A DNA stretch of 64,000 nt, from the NCBI RefSeq assembly GCF_009914755.1, contig NC_060932.1. One strand, 5' to 3'. Below, in pieces: positions 39,309-52,108 of this stretch (position 1 is the stretch's first letter; each line of letters starts with the position of its first letter). Source of the stretch: the human T2T-CHM13v2.0 reference genome, Homo sapiens. The notes beneath the pieces were generated by a model that searched no databases, was not told where the DNA came from, and saw only the letters and a list, made by a program, of their open reading frames with translations. Position numbers and translations under genes: made by a program.

Positions 39309-40020
39309 TGAGACGAGGGGCCAGCTAGGCTTCCTGGGTCGAGAAGGGGCTCAGAAAGCTGTGAAACTCACTCACTTCCTGCATCAGGACTTACTTCAGT
39401 CCTGGATGAATAATATTGAAGATTATGCTTAAAATATTCCTAACACCAGGATTTGTGCATACGTTTTCTTCCCCAAGAAAGCTATAAACAGCAAAAATTT
39501 TGCTGTAAGTTTCCCTCTGTCCTCTCTCCCTTTCTCCCTTCCCCCTCTCCCAAAACTAAAGTAAAAGGAATGTTAACTGCCCCTTTTTCTGTGACCAGAA
39601 GACCTTATCTATACTCCCAAAACCAATTCCTCGAAAACATACTTTGTAAAGTCCTGTAAGATCCTGTTTCCTTTGCCATACCGCTGCAAGGTCATAAAGT
39701 AGATAAAATCTAAGTTGCAATTCCAGTTTTCCTCAAAATCTAAGACATGTCACAAAATAATTTATTGCCTTTGTTTCTCACTCTGGTGACATCTTCCCAC
39801 CACATGTATTTTCGACCTTAAAAAGTTTAAAAGGGAATCATATAATCTAACTCTGGCAACCCGTTTGGAACCCCTTCCACACTGTGGAAGCTTTGTACTC
39901 TTGCTCTGCTCAATAAAACCTTCTACTCACTCTCTCTCGGTCTGAGTCTATATCACTCACTGCAGTCAGCCGCCACACCAATTCTTTGGTGTGGCTAGGC
40001 TAAGAAACTTAGGTGTTATA
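39309..40020 (+). mobile_element. LTR30 (5' LTR of a HERV30 / HERVW9-group provirus)
   Basis: TGAGACGAGG..CCAGCTAGGCTTCCTGGGTCGAG...GTTATA matches the remembered LTR30; AATAAA at 39912-39917; followed by PBS and ERV leader. Confidence 0.85.
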
Positions 40021-40023
40021 TCT

Positions 40024-40041
40024 TGGTGAGCCAATCAGGAG
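40024..40041 (+). promoter_or_regulatory. Primer binding site, tRNA-Arg type
   Basis: TGGTGAGCCAATCAGGAG, 3 nt after the LTR; 15/18 match to TGGCGAGCCAGCCAGGAG (complement of the tRNA-Arg 3' end). Confidence 0.75.
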
Positions 40042-40070
40042 TCTCCAGGAAAGGCATCTAGATCATCAAG

Positions 40071-40079
40071 TGGTGAGTA
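40071..40079 (+). promoter_or_regulatory. Putative retroviral major splice donor
   Basis: TG|GTGAGTA consensus donor just downstream of the PBS. Confidence 0.6.
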
Positions 40080-40474
40080 CGATCAGACCTCTTTCGCTTG
40101 CTATTCTGTCCTGTCCTTCCTTAGAATTCGGAGGCTAAACACCAGGCACCTGTTGGCCAGTTAAAAGTGATTAGCGGGTGCCAGGCTGTCTGGGAAGGGG
40201 CTCTCTAACAACCCCCAGCCCTTCGGAGTTGGGAGCATTGGTTTGCCTGGAACCAGTTCTAACTCTTTCACTTTCCGTGGTGGTACCAAAGTACACCTGG
40301 GAGTGCTCAGCAGATGTCTTGGTCTCCCAGATATCCTGGTTGAGACCATGGACCCGTCAGAGGCTCCCCCTGCATGGGTTACTGAGCACTAAGCATGAGA
40401 CAGCCACATTTTCTGACTCCTGCCTCCTGGGTGCTAATGTCCACTGTTTAGACTTCTTTCCTCATCCCGTAAGC

Positions 40475-41235
40475 ATGGTTATTCCCACTAGGCAGGATCA
40501 AGATTCCCTATTTAGAAGTCTTAAATTCTTGGGGTGGTGCCCAGAAGATCCCTGTTCATGGTGTCCTCCAGTGTTTAGGCAGGTGTCGCCATTTGATGGC
40601 TATTTCAAAGGGCCAGTTCCCCACCATAGTGTATTGTCCCCCACATCAGGACAATTTAAAGACAGGTCTGTAATTTTCATGTGGATAGTAGAAGTCTCAG
40701 GGCATTTCCTCCACTGCTCCCCAGATAGACTTTCCCCTTCCTTGGGCCCTCTCAAGTACAATCTGTGGTGCATAGGCACATTCTTAGAGCCATTGAATCA
40801 TTGTTTCAACCATTCAATAATTGGTATTGGATGGAAGAAAATATAGTCAGTTGGGACACGGGATGCCGGTACCACCTTGAGAGAGGGGCTTACTCCCTTG
40901 ATGGCAAGTGGGGACAGAAGGCTAAAGTACAGCAGCTGTTCTCTCAGCCCTGGCCTAGAGGACATCCACAACCCCCTTTGAGCTTACTAAGCCTCCTGTT
41001 GCTAATTCAGAGATTTCTCCTTGAAGGACAGTTTTATGGCCAGGCCCACGTAAACTGGGCCTTAGCATGCAAGCATCAGTGGTGCCCCCAACCCAGGCCT
41101 TGCCACCCTGGAATAGGTAGGATGCATTGGCAGAAGGACCACAATAAATCCAGCAGTCCTTATGCCCCATTTAGTGGTCAATGGGCACACGGCAGGGGCA
41201 AGGGAAGTTTCCATCCTGCTGGTAAGCATGGTTAA
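40475..41235 (+). pseudogene. Pre-gag leader ORF of the provirus, about 253 aa with one frameshift near 40780
   Basis: Two overlapping stop-free ORFs (40178-40846 and 40765-41235) join with a single 1-nt shift; ATG 40475 is in a strong Kozak context (AGCATGG). Confidence 0.65.
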
Positions 41236-41372
41236 ATCCAGTAGATGGAGAGCTCCGGAAAAGCGGCCATGAGCTTTGAGCACAATTGGACCTGACCCTT
41301 AGGGGATGCCTAGGGGAAGATGAGTCACAGGACTAACCAGGGGTGCGGGCATCCCTGTGTTTAAAATTCCAG

Positions 41373-42455
41373 ATGGGCACCACACCTTCAAAACTGGACA
41401 CTCCCTTAAGATGCATCCTGAATAACTAAGACAGATTCGACCCTGAGAACTTAAAAAAGAAACAGCTGATTTTTTTCTGTACCAACGCCTGGTCACAGTA
41501 CTCCTTATAAAATGAAGAAACTTGGCCCCCTGAGGGAAGTATTAATTATAACACCATTCTACAACTAGATCTTTTCTGTAAACAGGAAGGTAAATGGAGT
41601 AAAGTCCCTTATGTACAGGCTTTCTTTGCCCTTTGTGACAATACTGCCCTGTGCCAAGCCTGCAAGCTTTGCCCAAATGACATAGACCCACAGTTGCCTC
41701 CATACTCAGGGCCTCCTCCCTCAGCCCCACTCTCCTTCCCCACTGACTCTCCTCCATCTGGCCCCACTGAAGTGTTAAAGGCACACTGCAAAGAGAACAT
41801 AAACTCCGTAAGCCAAGCACCCAAACTATGTCCCTTACAAGCAGTAGGAGGGGAATTTATGCCCACCTGTGTACATGTCACTTTCACACTCTCAGATATA
41901 AAACAACTAAAGGCAGATTTAGGGAAATTCTCAGATGATCCTGATAACGATATAGATGTCCTGCAAAGATTAGGGCAGTCCTTTGACCTAACATGGAGAG
42001 ATATCATGTTACTTCTTGATCAAACCTTAAGTCCTACTGAAAAGGAAGCAGCTTTAGCAGCAGCCTGGTAATTTAGGGATCTCTAGTACCTTAGCCAGGT
42101 AAACAGTCAAATGGCCCTGGAGGAGAGGGAAAACTTCCCCACAGGGCAACAGGCAACCCCCACTGTAGACCCTCATTAGGATACTGACTCAGATCATGGA
42201 AATTAGAGCTGCAGGCATTTGCTAACTTGCATTTTAAGAGGGTTGAGGAAGACTAGGAAAAAGCCTATGAACTACTCAATGCTATCCACAATTATGCAGA
42301 GAAAAGAGGAAAACCCCTCCGCTTTTCTAGAAAGGCTAAGGGAGGCCCTAAAAAAGCACACCTCCCTAACTCAAAATTTCACAGAAGGTCAACTTATTTT
42401 AAAAGATAAATTTATCACCCAATCAGCGGCTGACATTAGGAGAAAACTCCAAAAG
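41373..42455 (+). pseudogene. gag: ERV gag (MA-CA), HERV-W/9/30-like; in frame, six stops, 3'-truncated
   Basis: [44 protein letters not shown] and KEENPSAFLERLREAL..DKFITQSAADIRRKLQK motifs; stops at 41427, 41508, 42069, 42084, 42177 and 42204. Confidence 0.93.
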
Positions 42456-42492
42456 ACAAGTGAAAGTTTTGATTGCTAAACTATTATGGTGA

Positions 42493-42861
<369 letters not shown>

Positions 42862-45277
42862 TAAACTTCTTGTTTTAAATCCACTTAATGTGTACAATTC
42901 CTTTTCTGCACAGTGTCTTCGTTTTTTTAAATTTTAATTCAGGGGTCCATGTCCAGGTTTTTTATATAGGTTAATTGTGTTTTGTGGGGGTTAGGAGTAT
43001 ACATTATTTCATTACCTCAGTGATAAGCATAGTACCCAACAGGTAGTTTTTCAATCCTCACTCCCATTCCACCCTCCATGCTCAAGTGGGCCCGATGGCT
43101 GTGGTTCCCTTCTTTATGTCCATGTGTACTCAAAGTTTAGCTCTCACTTATAAGTGAGAGCATGGGTATTTGTTTTCTTTTCCTGTGTTAGTTTTCCTAG
43201 TATAATGGCCTACCATCCATGTTGCTGCAAAGGGCAGGTTCTTATTATTTTTTATGGCTGTGTACTATTCCATGATATATACGTACCCTATTTTCTTTAT
43301 CCAGTCTACTGTTAATGGGCATTTAGATGGATTTCACATCTTTGCCATTGTGAATAGTGCTGTGATGAACATCAGTGTGCGTGTATCTTTATGGTAGAAT
43401 GATTTATATTCCTTTGAGTATATACCCAATAATGGGATTACCAGGTCAAATGGTAGTTCTTCTTTAAGTATTTTGAGAAATTGTCATACTCCTTTCCACA
43501 ATGGTTGAACTAATTTACATTCCCACCAGCAGTGTATAAGCATTCCCTTTTCTCCACAGCCTCACCAGCATCTGTTATTTTGTTACTCTCATTAATAACT
43601 ATTCTGACTGGTGTAAGATGGTATCTCAATATGGTTTTAATTTGCCCTTCTCTGATGATTAGTGATGTGTAGCATTTTGTCATATACTTGTTGGCCATGT
43701 GTATGTCTTCTTTTGAAAAGTGTCTTTTCATGTCCTTTGCCCACTTTTTAATGGCATTGTTTGTTTTTTGCTTATTAAGTTGTTTAAGCTCCTTATAGAT
43801 TTTTGATATTAGAATTTTGTTGGATGCATAGTTTGCAAATATCTTGTCCCATTCTGTGGATTGTCTGTTTACTCTGTTGTTAGTTTATTTTGCTGTGCTG
43901 GAGCTCCTTAATTAGCTCCCACTTGTCAATTTTTGTTTTTCTTGCATTTGCCTATGCTTTTACTTAGTCATAAATTCTTTCTCAAAGTTGATTACCAGAA
44001 TGATGTTTTCTAGATTTTCTTTTATAATTCTTATACTTTGAGGACTTACATTTAAATGTGGCATTAATTTTTATATATGATGACATATAGAGGTCAAGTT
44101 TTATTCTTCTGCATATAGCTAGCTAGCTGTTGCAGCATCATTTATTGAACAGGGAGTCTTTTCTTCATTGATTATTTTTGTTGACATTGTTGAAGATCAG
44201 ATGGCTGTATGTGTGCAGCTTTATTTCCAGGTTCTCTATTCTGGACCGTTAATCTATGTGTCCGTTTATGTACTAGTACCATGCTGTTTGGGTTATGGTA
44301 GCCTTCTAGTGCAGTTTGAAGTTGAGTAATTTGGTACCCCCAGCTTTGCTCTTTTTACTTAGGATCACTTTAGCTATTTGGACTCTTGTTTGCTTCCATA
44401 TGAATTTTAGAACTTTTTCTCTAATTCAGTGAACAATGTCATTGATAGTTTGATAAGAATAGCATTTAATTTGTACATTGCTTAGGGCAATATGGCCATT
44501 TTAACAGTATTGATTCTTCTTATTTATGAGCATGAAATGTTTTTCCATTTGTTTGCGTCATGTCTGATTTTATTCAGAAGTATTTTGTAATTCTCATTTG
44601 AGGGGTCTTTCACCTCCTTGGTTAGCTGTACTTCTAAGTTTGTATGTGGTGTGTGTGTGGTTATTGTGAACAGGACTGTGTTGTTCTTGATTTGGCTCTC
44701 AGGTTGGGCATTGTTGGTGTATAGAAACGCTACTGATATTTGTACATTGATTTTGTATTCTTAAACTTTGCTGAAGTTGTTTATCGTATCTAGGGGCTTT
44801 GGGGCAGATATTATGGGGTTTTCAAGGTACAAAATCATATTGTCTGCAAAGAGAGATAGTTTGACTTTCTCTCTAATTGGATGCTTTTTATTTCTTTCTC
44901 TTGCTTGATTATTCTGATTCAGACATCCAGTAATATGTTGAATTGGAGTGGTGAGAAAGTGCATCCTTGTCTTGTTCTGCCTCTCAATGGGAATGCTTCC
45001 AGTTTTTGCCCATTCAATATGATATTGCCTTTGGGTTTGTCAAAGATGACTCATTATTTTGAGGTATCTTCTTCCAACATCTGATTTTTTAAGGTTTTTA
45101 ACATTAAGGGATACTGAATTTTATGCAAAGCCTCTTCATCTATTAAGATGATCATGTGGTTTTCATTTTTAGTTTTGTGATGAGTCACATTTATCGATTT
45201 GCATATGTTGAACAAACTTTGCATCCCAGGGTTAAAGCCTACTTGGTCATGGTAGATTAGTTTTTGATGTGCTGCTG

Positions 45278-45634
45278 TGATATGGTTTGGCTGTGTCCCC
45301 ACCCAAATCTCACCTTGAATTGTAATAATTCCCACATGCCAAGGGTGGGGCCAGGTGAAGATAACTGAATCATGGGGGCAGTTTCCCCCATACTGTTCTC
45401 ATTGTATTGAATAAGTCTCATGAGATCTGGTGATTATATAAATGGGAGTTCCCATGCACAAGCTCTCTTTGCCTGCCACCATGTAAAATGTGTCTTTGCT
45501 TCTTCTTTGCCTTCTGCCATGATTGTGGGGCCTCCCTGGTCATATGGAATTGTGAATCCATTAAACCTCTTTCCTTTATAAATTACCCACTCTTGGGTAT
45601 GTCTTTATTATCAGTGTGAGAAAAGATTAATACA
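45278..45634 (+). mobile_element. THE1C-like solo LTR
   Basis: TGATATGGTTTGGCTGTGTCCCCACCCAAATCTCACCTTG...TAATACA; perfect TSD TGCTG. Confidence 0.93.
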
Positions 45635-47310
45635 TGCTGTATTCATTTTGCTTGTATTTTTTTGAGGATTTTTGCATCTATGTTCATCAAGAAAATTAGC
45701 CTTAATTTTCATTTGTAGTTGTGTCTCTGCCAAGTTTTGGTATCAGAATGATGCTGGCCTCATAGAATGAATTAATGAGAAGTACCTCTTGCTCAATTGT
45801 TTGGAATAGTTTCAGTAGGAATGGTATCAGCTCTTCTTTATATGTCCAGCAGAATTTGGCTGTGAATCTATCTGGTCCAGGGTTTTTCCTCGTTGGTAGG
45901 CTTTTATTACTGATTCAATTTCAGAACCTGTTATTGGTCTGTTAAGGGTTTCAATCTCTTCCTGATTCAATCTTGAGAGGTTATATGTTTCCAGAAATAT
46001 ATCCATTTCTTATAGGTTTTCAAGTATGTGTGCATAGTGTTGTTTATAATAGTCTCTGAAGGATTTTTGTATTTTTGTGAGGTTGGTAGTAATGTCTGCT
46101 TTGTCATTTCTTATGGTGTTCATTTGTATCTTCTCTCTTATTGTCTTTATCAGTCTTATTTCCTCTTTCAAAGAGCCAACTTCTGGTTTCATTGATCTTT
46201 TGTATGGTTTTTGGTGTATCAGTTTCATCCAGTTCATCTCTGATTTTGGTAATTTCTTGTCTTCTTCTGATTTGGGGGCTCATTTTTTCTTGTTTTTCTA
46301 GTTCCTCTAGATGCAGTAACAGACTGTTAATAAGAGATATTTCTAACTTTTTAATGTGGACATTTAATGGTATGAACTTCCCTCTTAACACTGCTTTAGC
46401 TGTGTCCCAGAGATTCTGAAATGGTGTATCTTCGTTTTCATTAGTTTCAAATAATTGCTTGATTTCTGCCTTAATTTTATGGTTTACCCAAAAGTCATTT
46501 AGGAGCAGGTTGTTTAATTTCCATGTAATTTGTGCATTTTTGACTGATTTTCTTTGTATTCATTTCTATTTTTATTGTGCTGTGGTTGCAGAGTGCAGTT
46601 GGTATGATTTTTTTTTTAATTTGCTGAGAATTGTTTTATGGCCTATTGTGTGGTCGATTTTAGAATATGTGCCATGTGCAGAGAGAAGAATGTATATACT
46701 GTTGTTTTGGCATAAAGAGTTCTGTAGCTATCTGTTAGGTACATTTGGTCAAGTGTCAAGTTCGGGTCTCAAAAAATTTTTGTGAGTTTCCTGCCTTCAT
46801 GCTCTAATACTCTCAGTGGGGTATTTAAGTCTCCATATTATTGTGTGGTTATTTAAGTCTCTTAATAAGCTTCTAATAATTTTTTTATGAATCTAGATGC
46901 TCCTGTGTTGGATGAATATATATTTAGGATAGTTAAGTCTTCTTGTTGTATTGAATTCTTTCCCTTTATGTAATGCCCTTCTTTGTCTTTTTTGATAATT
47001 GTTGGTTTAAAATCTCTTTTGGCTGAAATTAGAATAGCAATCCCTGCTTTTTTTTGTTTTCTGTTTGCTTAGTAGATTTTTCTCCATCCTTTTACTTCAA
47101 ACCTATGGATGTCATTGGATGTAAAATGAGTCCCTTGAAGATAGCATACTGTAAAGTCTTGTTTCTTTACACAACTTGCCACTTTGTGCATTTAAGTGGG
47201 GCAGTTAGCCCATTTACATTCAAAGTTAATATTGATATGTGTGGATTTTGTCCTGTCATCATGATGCTAGCTGGTTATCATGCAGACTTGATTTTGTAAT
47301 TGCTTTATAG

Positions 47311-47770
47311 CAGGGGTCAACAACCCCTGGGCCACAGACCAGTACTGGTCCATGGCCTGTTAGGAATCAAGCCACACAGCAGGAGGTGAGAACTGGGTGA
47401 GTGAGCAAAGCTGAGGTTTGACTCCTGTTAGATCAGATGTGGCATTCAATTCTCATATTTAAAGACAATGAACCCTACTGTGAAATGCACATGCAAGGGA
47501 TCTAGGCTCCACACTCCTTATGAGAACCTAATGCCTGATGATCTGTCACTTTCTCCCATCACTCCCAGATGGGACTCTCTAGTTGCAGGATAGCAAGCTC
47601 AGGGGTCCCACTAATTCTACATTATGGTGAGTATGTAATAATAATAGAAATAAAGTTCACAATAAATATAATGATCTTGAATTATCCTGACAACCACCCC
47701 AACCCTAATCCATAGAAAAATTGTCTTCCATGAAATCGGTCCCTGGTGCCAAAAACGTTGGGTACCACTG
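47311..47770 (+). mobile_element. MER1A with internal deletions
   Basis: CAGGGGTC...ACCACTG TIRs; perfect 8-bp TSD CTTTATAG. Confidence 0.93.
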
Positions 47771-49040
47771 CTTTATAGTGTCAATGGTCTATGTACTTAA
47801 GTGTGCTTTTATAGTTGCCGGTTATGGTTTCATTTCCATATTTTGTGCTCTCTTAAGGACCTCTTATAAGGCAGTTCTTGTGGTAATAAATTCCCTTCTC
47901 ATTTGCTTGTTTGAAAAGGTCCACCTAGAATTACATTCTCATTAAAATTAGTTTTTAGTCATAGGCATAAAAAGAATAGATATAAAAAATTAAAGAACTC
48001 CAAACCACCAGACTTTCCCTATTAGAAGTCTTTCAGATGGAAGGAAAATAATAGCAGATAGAAATATGGCATTTCAGAAAGGAATGAAGAGCATTGAAAA
48101 TAGTAACTATTTAGCTAAATATGTAAAATCTCTTCCTATTATGCAAAATACCTTTAAGAGATATTTTACTGCTTAAACAAATAATAACAATATAGTATGG
48201 GTTTTATTGCATATGTAAAGTTGGAATGTATAACAAAAATAGCAACAATAGCCAAAGGATTGGTAGGAGAGAAATAAAAATATAATATTTAAAGAGTATT
48301 TTACTTTGCACAAAGTGGCACATTACCTAAATACAGACTATAAGTTAAAGACATGTATTGTAAAGCAAGCACTTGAATAACAAAAAAAAGAATGATAGCT
48401 AATAGTCCAACAATGAGATAACTGAAATCATTAAAAAATTCCATGTTCCCCAAAAGGTAGCAAAAACCAAATAAATAAAAAGATCAATTCAGACAAATAG
48501 AAAATAAGTAGCAAAATTATAGATTTAAACTGAACGATTTTAATAATAACAATAAATTTAAAAGTCTAAATGCCTTAGTAAGATACAGAGATTGTCAGAT
48601 TGAATTTTAAAAATAAGGCATAAGTATATGCTCTTTTTAAATATACAGACACAAATAAGTTACAGGTAAAATGATTGAAAAGACATTCAACTGATAACAC
48701 TAATATAGAGAGAGCTACAATATCTGTGTTAGTTAAAAACAATGAGCTTTACTTACAAAGAAAATGACCACAAAGAAAATCATTTTATAATAATAAAGGA
48801 ATCAATTTATCAAGAGAACACGAAAGTCTTAAACATTTATGTAACTAATGAGAGAGCTTCAAAATACATGAAGTAAAAACAGATGACACTGCAAGGAGAA
48901 ACAGAAAAATTCAGAATTATACAAAGAGATTTCAGTACTCTCCTCTCAAAAATTGGTAGAGCAAATACATTGAAAGTGTATGAAATTATACAAAATAAAA
49001 GAGTTGATATATTTGACATTTGTGGAAAACTATACTCCAA

Positions 49041-49082
<42 letters not shown>

Positions 49083-49169
49083 GAAAGAAAAGAAAAAAAA
49101 AACTCCTTTCAAGTAAACATGGAACATTATTCAAAATAGAGCATATTTGAGGACACAAAATAATCCTCG

Positions 49170-49469
<300 letters not shown>

Positions 49470-50283
49470 TCAATGAACTTAAAAAAATAGAAAGTATATT
49501 TCTTGACTCTAATATAGTAAAATTAGAAATCAGTAACAGAGAGATCTCTGGAAAATCCCTAAAGATTTTTTAACATATGATACATATCTAAATAATAACT
49601 CAAAGAAAAAATCAAAATGAAAATTAGGAAGTATTTTTTACTAAGTAAAATTAAGACAGTATATAATAAAATTTTGTGCTGCTAAAGCACCAATTTTGCA
49701 AGGGGATGATTTATGGTATCAAAACACCTATATTAGAAAAAAATGAATTATGTCAAATCAGTGACCACACCTTCTCTCTCAAAAATGAAGGGGAGGAGGA
49801 AACAAGCTTCCCAAATTTTAGTAGAAGAAAAGAAGTACTAAAGATAAGAGTAAAGATTTTAACAAAATAGAAAACAGAAATTTTTTTTTAATTATTGAAA
49901 CCAAATGCTCATTTTTTGAAAATATCAATATAATCAATAAACTTCTAGTCATTTTGATTGATAAGAAAAAAAGAAAATACACCAATATCAGGAATAAAAG
50001 GAGATATAACTACAGATTCTACAAATATTAAAAGAATAATAATGAAATATTGTTGAAAACGTAAGCCAATAAATCTAACAATTTAGATAAAATGAGCACA
50101 CTCTTGAACCACAGAAACAATCAACCCTTCTGCAAAAGAAACATAAACCAAAAATAAAAGAGTTCTGTATCTATTAATAAAATTAAATTTGTAGTTACAA
50201 TCCTTCTCACAAAGAACCTTCTAGACCCCATTGACTTCATTTGGTTTCACATCTACCAAACAATTACAAAAGAAATAATACCC

Positions 50284-52108
50284 AGCTTTTTGACATATTC
50301 TTGTTGGCCGCATGTATGTCTTCTTTTGAGAAGCATCTATTCGTGTCCTTTGCCCACTTTTTAGTGGGGTTGTTTTCTTCTTGTAAATTCATTTAAATTC
50401 CATACAGGTGCTGGATATTAGACCTTTGCCAGATGCATAGTTTGCAAAAATTTTCTCCATTCTCTGGGTTGTCTGTTTACTCTACTGATAGTTTATTTTG
50501 CTGTGCAGAAGCCCTTTAGTTTAATTAGATCCCATTTGTCAACGTTTGCTTTTCTGCAATTGCTTTCAGCATCTTTGTCATGAAATATTTGCCCATGCCT
50601 ATGTCCTGAATGGTATTGCCTAGGTTGTCTTCCAGGGTTTTTATAGTTTCGGATTTTACATTTAAGTCTTTAATTCACCTTGAGTTAATTTTTGTATATG
50701 GTGTAAGGAAGGGGTCCAGTTTCAATATTCTGCATATGGCTAGCCAGTTATCCCAGCAACATGTATTGAATATGGAATCCTTTCCCCATTGCTTGTTTTT
50801 GTCAGCTTTGTTGAAAATCAGATGGTTGTAGGTGTGTGGGCTTACTTCTGGGTTCTCTCTTCTGTCCTATTGGTCTATGTCTCTGCTCTTGTACCAGTAC
50901 CATGCTGTTTGGGCTACTGTAGCCCTGTAGCATAATTTGAAGTTGGGTAGCTTGATCCTTCCAGCTTTGTTTTTTGCTTAGGATTACCTTGGATATGCAG
51001 GTTCTTTTTTTGGTTCCATATGAATTTTAAAATAGTTTTTTCCTAGTTCTGTGAAAAAATGTCAATGGTAGTTTAATGGGAATAGCACTGAATCTTTAAA
51101 TTGCTTTGAGGAGTATGACCATTTTAACAATATTGATTCTTCCCATCCATGAGCATGGAATGCTTTCCATTTGTTTGTGGCATCTCTGATTTATTTGAGC
51201 AGTGGTTTGCAGTTCTCCTTGTGGAGAATTTTCACTTCCCTTGCTAGTTGTATATCTAGGTATTTTATACTTTTTGTGGCAATTATGAAAGGGAGTTCAT
51301 TCATCATGATTTAGCTCTTGGCTTGACTGTTGTTGGTGTATAAGAATGCTAGCTGATCATTAGAGAAATGCAAATCAAAACCACAATGAGCTACCATCTC
51401 ACTCCAGTCAGAATGGCTATTATTAAAATGTCAAAAAATAACAGATGCAGGTGAAGTTGTGGAGAAAAAGGCATGCTTATATACTGTTGGTGGGAGTGTA
51501 AATTAGTTCAATCATTGCGGAAGATTGTGTGTCGATTCCTCAAAGACCTAATGACAGAAATACCATTCAACCCAACAATCCCACATCCCCAAAGGAATAT
51601 AAATAATTCTATTATAAAGACACATGCACACATATGTTCATTGCCACACTATTTACAAAAGCAAAGACATGCAATTAACCCAAATGCCCACCATTGACAG
51701 ACTGGATAAAGAAAATGTGGTACATATACACCATGGAATACTATCCAGCCATTAAAAAAAACAAGATCCTGTCTTTTGCAGGGACATTGATAGAGCCGGA
51801 GGCCGTTACCCTTAACAAACTAATACAGGAACAGAAAACCAAGGACTGCATGTTCACACTCATAAGTGGGAGATAAATGAAGAGAACACATGGACACATA
51901 GAGGGAAACAACACACACTGGGGCCTACCAGAAGGTGTAGGGATGGAGAAGGGAGCGGACCAGAAAAAACAACTAATGGATACTAAGCTTAAGAACTGGG
52001 TGATTAAATAATCTGTACAATAAACCCCCATGACACGTTTACGTACATAACAAACCTACACAACCTGCACCCATACCCTTGAACTTAAAATAAAAGTTAG
52101 AAAAAAAG
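50284..52108 (+). mobile_element. L1PA11-13-like insertion with 5' inversion (50284-51352 minus, 51353-52108 plus)
   Basis: Orientation switch at 51352/51353; TSD AAAGA(A/C)ATAATACC at 50269-50282 and 52109-52122. Confidence 0.92.

Larger units (their letters stand above)
42921..47918 (-). mobile_element. L1PA15/16-like element (3'UTR, decayed ORF2, ORF1 end), interrupted by THE1C and MER1A
   Basis: ORF2 fragments on the minus strand ([41 protein letters not shown]); 3'UTR AGCATAGTACCCAACAGGTAGTTTTTCAA. Confidence 0.9.
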
